DNA from: Fibrobacter succinogenes
GTDB lineage: Bacteria; Fibrobacterota; Fibrobacteria; Fibrobacterales; Fibrobacteraceae
NCBI GenBank assembly: GCA_902776765.1
Contig: CACYRP010000001.1
Coordinates: 25,144 to 89,143, forward strand
Length of the DNA: 64,000 bases
Direction: 5' to 3'
In this document: positions 56,866 to 64,000 of the stretch, piece after piece
Position numbering within the stretch: position 1 is the first letter of the stretch
How the letters are laid out: each line of letters opens with the position of its first letter
The notes under the pieces: model-generated
Told to the model about the DNA's origin: nothing
Database searches by the model: none
The model's input: only the letters and a program-made list of their open reading frames with translations
Translations under genes and position numbers: made by a program

Positions 56866-57645
56866 ATGTCTTGCTCTGCGATAGATTACTTCATCTTTGT
56901 CCCTGCGTACAACGTTGAAAAGACTCTTGCCGAAGTCCTTTCAAAAATTGATGAATTCGTTTTGTCGCGTGCCCGCGTGCTTGTGATTGACGACGGTTCC
57001 CGTGATGGAACCGTGCAAGCGTTTGAACGGTTCTTGTCGAGTTTTGAACAATGTGATGAACGCGCAGAATATGCGCTTGAGAATGCGCGTGACCTCAAGT
57101 CGCATTTTGAATATTTAAAATTTGAACAAAATAGCGGTTACGGAGCCGTGGTCAAAAAGGGAATTGCAGAAGGCCTAGCCTCAGGTGCTGCGTTTATTGC
57201 TTGCTTGCATGGCGATGGACAATACCCTGCTGAAAAGTTAGGCGAGTTCTTTGATGAAATGGAAAACAACAATCTCGATTTGCTGCAAGGTTCTCGCCAT
57301 GCGGTGGCGGGTGAGGCAAAACGCGGTGGCATGCCGCTACACAAGCGTATTGGCGGTGCGTTCTTGACGGCGTTAGAGAATATTGCTTTTCGCGTAAAAC
57401 TCACGGACCGTCATAGCGGCTTTATCGTTTATTCCTCGCGATTCCTGAAAACTGTAGATTTGAATCGCCTGAGCCCCTCGTTTGATATTGACTTGGAACT
57501 GATTTCCATTGCGGATGCTCGCCGTTTTGCGATTGCAGAACTCCCGATTCCTACGCGCTATGCCGGCGAAAAATCGAACCTGAATGTTGTCACTTACGGA
57601 CTCCGCGTGCTGAGGCAAATTTGGCGCCGTTTAATGATACACTAA
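56866..57645 (+). CDS. family 2 glycosyltransferase (polyprenyl-phosphate sugar transferase-like)
   Basis: FVPAYNVEKTL..VLVIDDGSRDGT..LHGDGQYP. 259 aa with no TM tail. Confidence 0.75.
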   Translation: MSCSAIDYFIFVPAYNVEKTLAEVLSKIDEFVLSRARVLVIDDGSRDGTVQAFERFLSSFEQCDERAEYALENARDLKSHFEYLKFEQNSGYGAVVKKGIAEGLASGAAFIACLHGDGQYPAEKLGEFFDEMENNNLDLLQGSRHAVAGEAKRGGMPLHKRIGGAFLTALENIAFRVKLTDRHSGFIVYSSRFLKTVDLNRLSPSFDIDLELISIADARRFAIAELPIPTRYAGEKSNLNVVTYGLRVLRQIWRRLMIH

Positions 57646-57724
57646 AATTGTAGTCTTTTATAAAAAACTTTGACATTTATATGTGCTTTTTCTTACATTT
57701 GTTAGGAATGAAAAAGGAGAACGC

Positions 57725-58912
57725 ATGAAACAACCCCTTATTGCCTCTGCTATAGTTGCTGTATTAGCACTCCTCTCTGGATGTGCCAAGACCATGCAAC
57801 TCGATGATCCGCAACTTTACGACCAATATCTCACTAGGAGTTACAACCAGCGTGTTGACGTGTGCTACAATGCTGTGTTGACCACTTTCAAGGAACGAGG
57901 CGTTGATCTCACTAAGGCCGATCCCATTGCTGGCCGAATCGTAACGGAAAAACATGTTGCTGCAATATATGCAGGTTATGGTGTTGTCGGCACAATTTCG
58001 CACCGCTATTACATCGACGTGAAAGGCGATACAGAAAATTGTACCATCAAGATAACTAAGTATAAGGCTTGGAAGGGTGACAATGAAGTTCCCTATGTCA
58101 AAGTCGATGACGTCTACTCCTATTATTGGGCACCCTTGTTTGGTGGCTTCGAAAGCAATTTTGATGAAGACGAAGATGATGCCATCCGCACCCGTGCTGG
58201 AATGGACGCGGTCATGAAACAGCATCGTCCGGAACTCGATGAAATCTACAATCAGTATTTAAAGAAAACGAAAAAGAAATTTGAGGGTTATGTTGCTCTG
58301 AAGTTCACAATTGCTCCCAAAGGAAATATCATTGATATTTCTATTGAAGCGACGACTACGGGCGAACTTGATTTTGACCAACTCATTAAAGCGGCTGTCA
58401 GCACTTGGAATTTTGGCGAGGTGTCTGGCGCAAATATGACCAGAATAGTTACGTTCAACTTCTCGGCTGATAATAATGAAGACTCTAGCAAGAATGGTGG
58501 ACGTCGTGCTCATGGTGATGGCGGCGATAAACTCGATAGCTTGTTGAAAACGAGTGGCGACAATGGTAGCGGAGGCATTGGCGGTTCCGTAGGTACGGCT
58601 GCAGATGACGATGTCAATGTCAATGGAAAACGCAAGGCATCGGATATAATGAAGGTTGTTGAACAACGCAAGCCTGCTCTTAGGAATATTTACAACAAAT
58701 ATCGGAAGAAAAATCCTGAATTCGAGGGCCGAATTGTCGTGAAGTTCACGATTGACGCAAATGGTGATGTCGTTAAATTTTCAATTCTTTCGTCTACGAC
58801 GAACAATGCAAAGTTCGACGGCGAAATCAAGAAGGTTATCAGTGGTTGGAAATTCGGTAAGGTTGAAGTTGGCAACACAACGGCTACAATCCCATTCACT
58901 TTCGCAGAATAA
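57725..58912 (+). CDS. lipoprotein with two TonB-C / AgmX-PglI-like C-terminal domains
   Basis: Lipobox LLSGC. The module (L)xxIYNxYxKKxxxFEGxxxxKFTIxxxGxxxxxSI..W.FG appears twice, separated by a Gly/Asp-rich linker. Confidence 0.5.
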   Translation: MKQPLIASAIVAVLALLSGCAKTMQLDDPQLYDQYLTRSYNQRVDVCYNAVLTTFKERGVDLTKADPIAGRIVTEKHVAAIYAGYGVVGTISHRYYIDVKGDTENCTIKITKYKAWKGDNEVPYVKVDDVYSYYWAPLFGGFESNFDEDEDDAIRTRAGMDAVMKQHRPELDEIYNQYLKKTKKKFEGYVALKFTIAPKGNIIDISIEATTTGELDFDQLIKAAVSTWNFGEVSGANMTRIVTFNFSADNNEDSSKNGGRRAHGDGGDKLDSLLKTSGDNGSGGIGGSVGTAADDDVNVNGKRKASDIMKVVEQRKPALRNIYNKYRKKNPEFEGRIVVKFTIDANGDVVKFSILSSTTNNAKFDGEIKKVISGWKFGKVEVGNTTATIPFTFAE

Positions 58913-58918
58913 ATTCCT

Positions 58919-59779
58919 ATGAGGCATGTTCAGCACATCTTGTTCTTTCTCTTGCTTTGCGTTTCGAGTGCTATAGCGACGCATGTAGCAGTGCTTGAAA
59001 CTGTTGCAGACCCTAGCGTTAAAAAGAAAGTGTCTTTTCCGGATCGTCAATACCTTACGAATGTACTTCGTGAAGAGGCGGTGAAGGAACTCCCCGCTTC
59101 GCAAAACTACACTATCATGACTCGCGAGAACATCCGTGAAATGTTGCCGCCGGGTAAAGCCATCGAGGATTGCGAAGGCCGTTGCCTTGTGGAAACGGGG
59201 CGGAATATTGCTGCCGATTACGTGTGCCAAGCACGTGTGAGTAGCTTCGGCTCGAAACTTGCAATTTCTGCGGAAATCTACGAGACCTCGGGGAACAAGC
59301 TTGTGGCGAGTTTCAATGGTCATGGCGCTAATGTGGAAGAGCTTTTGAAGGTGGTAAAGAATAGTGCTGCGGAATTCTTTGGCAAGGTCAAGGGGGAACA
59401 GCAAACTCCTAATTCCATGGAACGCCGTGCTGGTGCGGGCGGCATCGGCGATGCTCAAAGCTTAGATAACACTTCTGCGGAATATGATGACGAGAATTCT
59501 CGCTTTAGAAATGTGGATTTAAAGAATCTGCAAGTTGAAAAAAATACAGAAGAAGTTAAACGGTCCAATAAGCCTATTGGCGAAGTTCCTGCTGTGAAAA
59601 ATACCCGGGCTTTGGCTTGGCTACACTTTGGCTTTCTTGGCGTTGGAGGTGTGTTGCTATCGGTGGGGACTGTGCTTGCTGCTGATGTAGCAGGGGATGG
59701 AGGAAGTACGAAGCGTGGTGTCGGTATAGCGTTGGCAATTATCGGTGCTGTTGGTATGGGTGTAAGTTTTGCTTTTTAG
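58919..59779 (+). CDS. paralogous-family secreted/C-terminally anchored protein (copy B)
   Basis: 286 aa. VAVLETVADPS..DRQYLTNVLREEAVKELPASQNYTIMTRENI..EDCEGRCLVETGRNIAADYVCQARV. Terminal GVGIALAIIGAVGMGVSFAF. Confidence 0.6.
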   Translation: MRHVQHILFFLLLCVSSAIATHVAVLETVADPSVKKKVSFPDRQYLTNVLREEAVKELPASQNYTIMTRENIREMLPPGKAIEDCEGRCLVETGRNIAADYVCQARVSSFGSKLAISAEIYETSGNKLVASFNGHGANVEELLKVVKNSAAEFFGKVKGEQQTPNSMERRAGAGGIGDAQSLDNTSAEYDDENSRFRNVDLKNLQVEKNTEEVKRSNKPIGEVPAVKNTRALAWLHFGFLGVGGVLLSVGTVLAADVAGDGGSTKRGVGIALAIIGAVGMGVSFAF

Positions 59780-59863
59780 GTTCCAACGACCTATATCTAA
59801 CTATCTATCAATCATAGTTTACTAACTGCTAACGTTTGACTTTTAACTATATATATTTACTGT

Positions 59864-60775
59864 ATGGTTAAAAATCTTATACAGTCTTTAAATGGGGTGC
59901 TGCTCGGAAAATCCGAGGCGGTTGAACTTTTGGTTATGGCGCTCCTCGCCGATGGTCATGTGCTTATCGAGGATGTGCCGGGAACGGGCAAGACGACAAT
60001 TGCCAAGGCGCTCGCGACGGCGGTTGGTGCGGACTTTGCTCGTATCCAGTTTACGCCGGACTTGCTGCCTGCCGATGTGACGGGCGGTGCGGTATTCAAG
60101 GCAAATACGGGCGAGTTCGAAATTCGCAAGGGGCCTGTGTTTACGCAGGTGCTATTGGCGGACGAAATCAACCGTGCGTCCCCGCGAACGCAGAGTGCTC
60201 TCCTAGAAGCTATGGAAGAACGCCAGGTATCGCTCGAAGGTGAACGCCATGTGCTCCCGAAACTGTTCATGGTGCTTGCCACAGAAAATCCGGTGGAATT
60301 CCATGGCGTGTTCCCGCTCCCTGAGGCGCAGATGGACCGATTCTTGGTGCGCTTGTCGCTGGGGTACCCGACTGCGGATACCGAACTCAACATTTTGCGT
60401 GCGCATCGCGATGGGCGACCGCTCGATACGCTTACGGCGGTGACGACTCCGGATGAAGTTATTGCAATGCGTAACGATGTCCGCAAGATTCACATTGACG
60501 AATCGCTTGAAATGTATGTGGTTTCGCTGGTGCAGGCAACGCGTACAAATCCGGCGGTGCGCTTGGCCGCAAGCCCTCGCGCGGGAATCAACCTCATCAA
60601 GATGGCGCAATCTTGTGCATATGTGGCGGGCCGTGATTTCGTAAATCCCGATGACATCCAGCATGTGTTTTTCCCGGTGATGGAACACCGCGTGTTTGCA
60701 AAAGATTCTAACACGCCAGGTGCCTCCAGACAAATTCTCGAAGGAATCTTGAAACAGGTGCGAGTGCCGAAGTAA
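59864..60775 (+). CDS. MoxR-family AAA+ ATPase
   Basis: HVLIEDVPGTGKT (Walker A), LLADEINRA (Walker B), and AAA_3 layout. 303 aa. Confidence 0.9.
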   Translation: MVKNLIQSLNGVLLGKSEAVELLVMALLADGHVLIEDVPGTGKTTIAKALATAVGADFARIQFTPDLLPADVTGGAVFKANTGEFEIRKGPVFTQVLLADEINRASPRTQSALLEAMEERQVSLEGERHVLPKLFMVLATENPVEFHGVFPLPEAQMDRFLVRLSLGYPTADTELNILRAHRDGRPLDTLTAVTTPDEVIAMRNDVRKIHIDESLEMYVVSLVQATRTNPAVRLAASPRAGINLIKMAQSCAYVAGRDFVNPDDIQHVFFPVMEHRVFAKDSNTPGASRQILEGILKQVRVPK

Positions 60776-60781
60776 ACGTGA

Positions 60782-60898
60782 TTGGATCCTATCGAACTTC
60801 GCGCTCCGAGATGATTGTTTTGCATACGTCATCCTGAGGGCTGAAAGCCCGAAGGATCCAGTAAAAATCACTGGATTCTTCGCTACGCTCAGAATGAC
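60782..60898. repeat. three family A units after the moxR stop
   Basis: GGATCCTATCGAACTTCGCGCTCCGAGATGAT (degenerate), GTCATCCTGAGGGCTGAAAGCCCGAAGGATCCAGT, and inverted ACTGGATTCTTCGCTACGCTCAGAATGAC. Confidence 0.8.
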
Positions 60899-61007
60899 GT
60901 GCAAGGCGAGACAGCATGAACGCTTGCGTTGACGAAACCTTAAAATCAAACCCCTAAAACCTAAACTTCAAAGCGGCACTGCCGCGACCTCATACCTCAC
61001 AACCTCT

Positions 61008-62348
61008 ATGTCCTCTCTCCGTTGGTTTATAAACGCCATTCCCAGAAGTCCCAAGCGCAAGGGACTCTTGATGCGCATGTACTACCTTTGGCAAGAAGGC
61101 TTTACGCCGGTGGGGCATGCGGCGGCTGCGCTCATGATGTTCTCGATGTTTGCGGGGGCGGTGCCCGGTTTTTGGGCGGCGTGGGTGTTTTGCGGCTTGG
61201 ACTTCATGTACTTTTTAGCGCTTGTGCCAAGCCTTTTCATGACTGCACGCAAAAGCAAGTTCAAGGTAGGCGATATTGCAGTGCGCAATGTTTACGAAGG
61301 TGAAGTTGCGACGGTAAACTTGCAAGTTTATGCTGAGGATAAATTAAATGCGGTATCGCTTGGCTGCTTTCGTATGGATCCTTCGCTTCAATGTGTCGAA
61401 TCGGAGCTTGTGCAAATTGCGGCTGGCGGTTCTGCGGAATTGACTTGCAAAATACAGACGAAAAAACGTGGCGCTTTTGAAATCCCGAAGGTGGCGCTTA
61501 TTTTGCCCGAAATCAATGGGGCCTTGCGTTATGCGGCGAATGCAGGGAAGGCTGAACTGCTTGTGTTTCCGAGCCCGTTGCGCGTGTGTGCTTTCCCGTT
61601 TTTAACATCGGGGGCAAGTGGCGTTGTCTTTGCTCCACTCCTTATGCCGAGCCTCACCCGTGGAATGAATTTTGTGGGCGTGCGCGAATATCGCGAAGGC
61701 GATGCGTTGCGCGACTTGCATCACAAGGCTTTTGCTCGTTACGGGAAACCGTTTACGAAGGAATTCGAAACGGAACGCGGCGCGGGAGCGATTCTTGTGC
61801 TCGACGTGACTGCCCGAAATTTGCGCGAGAAATCTTCGGTCGAAATGTTGATTCGCTTGGCAGCGGGTATTGGCTTATGGCTCTTGGAACGAAATGCACT
61901 TGGGCGCTTTTTCATTGGCGATGATGAAATTTCGCTTGTGCAGGGCGATGGCGGCGAGAGCCTCTTGGAAGCGCTTGCGCGAATTCCGCCAGCGTCTCTG
62001 TTGGAAATGCACTTTTCGAAAGGAACGCGCGAATCTCGAAATACGGTAAACTTTCGTGATGCGGCAAATCCCAGAAGAGTGCCGAAGCTTTGGTCCCCTG
62101 CAGCGCGCCCGCTTGGCCCCGTGCTTCGCTTGGGCCTCTTTGCCACGGATGACCCGCTGGTGCATAAGCAAGTGATTTTGGATGCGCATTCCAAGTTGAC
62201 CGACGAATCGAAAACTGCAATTTCTGACGACGTTTTGTCTGTAAATGCGGCACATCTTGAAAAAGTTTTTCGTGAACGATTGCGCTTAAAGCAGGTTTCT
62301 CGCGAGCTTCCGCTTGAAAAGTCCCGCGATACGGAGGTAAGTCTATGA
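61008..62348 (+). CDS. DUF58 domain protein
   Basis: N-terminal TM pair. VREYREGDALRDLHHKAFAR is the DUF58 R-x-Y-x-x-GD signature. Follows moxR as usual. Confidence 0.8.
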   Translation: MSSLRWFINAIPRSPKRKGLLMRMYYLWQEGFTPVGHAAAALMMFSMFAGAVPGFWAAWVFCGLDFMYFLALVPSLFMTARKSKFKVGDIAVRNVYEGEVATVNLQVYAEDKLNAVSLGCFRMDPSLQCVESELVQIAAGGSAELTCKIQTKKRGAFEIPKVALILPEINGALRYAANAGKAELLVFPSPLRVCAFPFLTSGASGVVFAPLLMPSLTRGMNFVGVREYREGDALRDLHHKAFARYGKPFTKEFETERGAGAILVLDVTARNLREKSSVEMLIRLAAGIGLWLLERNALGRFFIGDDEISLVQGDGGESLLEALARIPPASLLEMHFSKGTRESRNTVNFRDAANPRRVPKLWSPAARPLGPVLRLGLFATDDPLVHKQVILDAHSKLTDESKTAISDDVLSVNAAHLEKVFRERLRLKQVSRELPLEKSRDTEVSL

Positions 62349-64000
62349 TGAACTTCCGTGAAATTTGCAAGACGATTTTCTTTTGCATCGCTTCTGTGAA
62401 TTTGGGCATTTCGAGCGGCCTGGAAATTCTCGGTATCGTTTTTGCCATCCTTTTTATCGCTATACACGTGAAGCAATATTTGCTTTCGAGGTCGGCGACG
62501 ATTCAACGAAAAATTCCTCGCTATAGAAAGCTGTTTGCGTATGGTGCGATTGTCCCGAGCGCGTTGTGGTGGGTGTTGACTCCAAGTGTCGAAAATGGCG
62601 TGTCGCCGTATTTGGTCTTTATCCCTGCGTGGTATTTACTTTATCTGTCGTGGCTGCAAAAACGCAGTCTTGGTAATGGCGGCTACGAAGTCTTTGTCGT
62701 GTTCAATGGAATCGCGGCACTCTTTATGGGCCTTTTTCAAGCGCCCCGTATTGTTGTGATAAGCGCGGCTATCGCACTTTTGCTAGCTGTGTATGCGTTT
62801 GGGCGCCCTCGCGTTGCGTTTTATAAAAGGCTTCTCTTTGTCTTGATGTATGCAAGCTTGTGCGGCTCTTCATATCTTGGATTTAAATATTGGAAAAGCA
62901 ATCACTATTACAGTGGTCGCTGGGCCGAAGATTATTATGTGCGAAATCGCGTCATGGGGTTTGATCCGGTGGCGGCGTTGGGTTCATTTTCGAGCAATTA
63001 CAACTCTAAGTACAATAACGAAATTATTCTAAGAATTTGGGATACGCTTACTCCGCCATATTTTCGCGCTGCCGCTTATGAAAAATATGTGGCCGGTATT
63101 TGGAAACTTCCGACAACTGCGGAAAAGAAACTTTATCCGGCTCGCTATCGCGTGGATTATGCGGTCTTTGAAACGGAAGATTCTATAACGGTGGCGCCAA
63201 ACGTGAAACCTATTTGGGTGCAGGCGACTTTAGACAATTTTGGTTTTATGTTTGCTGCTCCGAATGCGGTGGGTGTTGCCAGTAAAAATGCGGACTCTCT
63301 TGACTACTATTCGACAAATGTTTTTGCTGGTGCAAATGGAACGCGCAGCGATTGGTATTACTATGTGAGCGATTCTGCGGAAAAACTTGCTATAACCTCG
63401 GCGTCGTCGGATGAAGTTGATTCTGCGTTCTTGCAAATTCCAGAAAAAGATTTGAATTTGTTGGATTCTGTAGCGGCTGCGATGGCGCTTCCTACTCGCA
63501 ATTTCGAAAACGTTAATTCTGCAAATTCTGATTCCGCGGCTTTTTCAGAACCGCAATCTGAATCGCAATTTGCTGTTCAAAATCTAAAGGCTATTGAAAG
63601 TTATTTTATTAAAAATTTCAAATATTCGTATGTAGTGTCGTGGCGCAGAGGTTTTGCTGGAACTTCGATGAACGCAGGTGTTTCGAATATGAAAGACTTG
63701 CTTGCGCTCTTCTGGAAAAATAAGGAAGGCTATTGTGAATATTATGCGACGCTTGCAACGCTTCTTTTGCGCCATCAGGGAATTCCGGCGCGTTACGTGA
63801 CTGGTTTTGCGCATCCGGAACATGTCGAAGGTCGCCCTTACGTGACGTTCCGTCGTCGCCATAGCCATGCTTGGGTTGAAGTTTATATAGACCACAAGTG
63901 GTATATTTTTGACCCGACTCCGCCGGTTCTTGTGAATGCGTTTGCGGAATCGTCTTGGTTCTCGAAAAAAGTGGAAGGGCTTAAGGGGCGCGTTTCGTAT
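62345..64000 (+). CDS. transglutaminase-like domain membrane protein (3' end outside window)
   Basis: Not in the ORF track because it is open-ended. I translated it by hand with no stops over 552 codons. ATGA overlap with DUF58. Multi-TM N-part. Cys-His-Asp core GYCEYYA .. HSHAWVEVY .. FDPTP. Confidence 0.8.
   Translation, partial: MMNFREICKTIFFCIASVNLGISSGLEILGIVFAILFIAIHVKQYLLSRSATIQRKIPRYRKLFAYGAIVPSALWWVLTPSVENGVSPYLVFIPAWYLLYLSWLQKRSLGNGGYEVFVVFNGIAALFMGLFQAPRIVVISAAIALLLAVYAFGRPRVAFYKRLLFVLMYASLCGSSYLGFKYWKSNHYYSGRWAEDYYVRNRVMGFDPVAALGSFSSNYNSKYNNEIILRIWDTLTPPYFRAAAYEKYVAGIWKLPTTAEKKLYPARYRVDYAVFETEDSITVAPNVKPIWVQATLDNFGFMFAAPNAVGVASKNADSLDYYSTNVFAGANGTRSDWYYYVSDSAEKLAITSASSDEVDSAFLQIPEKDLNLLDSVAAAMALPTRNFENVNSANSDSAAFSEPQSESQFAVQNLKAIESYFIKNFKYSYVVSWRRGFAGTSMNAGVSNMKDLLALFWKNKEGYCEYYATLATLLLRHQGIPARYVTGFAHPEHVEGRPYVTFRRRHSHAWVEVYIDHKWYIFDPTPPVLVNAFAESSWFSKKVEGLKGRVSY

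Overview
This window looks like a chromosomal segment of a Fibrobacter (F. succinogenes-like) genome. The inference rests on two proteins carrying the lineage-typical FISUMP / TIGR02145 'WMAENLN' domain, one TIGR02147 (DUF4423) family protein, and many lipoproteins. About 55 CDS and one tRNA-Gln are supportable. Most are housekeeping: lnt, rsmI, lpxH, trxA, hisF, tldD, clpB, hisC plus an IMPase-type phosphatase, comEC, xerC/D, the rimP-nusA-infB-rbfA-truB-ribF operon, queF-yhhQ, an ArnA-dehydrogenase-like gene plus a GT2, and MoxR-DUF58-transglutaminase. The best candidate for an undescribed system is a tightly overlapping five-gene operon at about 14.1-18.6 kb. It encodes an NTP_transf_5 nucleotidyltransferase, an HPr-kinase-like P-loop protein, a SipW/S26B-like Ser-His peptidase, a PqqD-type RRE and an ABC exporter. 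This resembles the accessory half of a lasso/RiPP cluster, but I can see no cyclase, no B2 protease and no precursor. The second theme is a dense mosaic of at least four intergenic repeat families. One copy appears to be inserted in frame in truB, and others supply stop codons or N-termini of CDS. Several very long antisense ORFs in the track are shadows of real genes. CDS coordinates follow the ORF track. Hand-indexed noncoding coordinates may be off by 1-2 nt.
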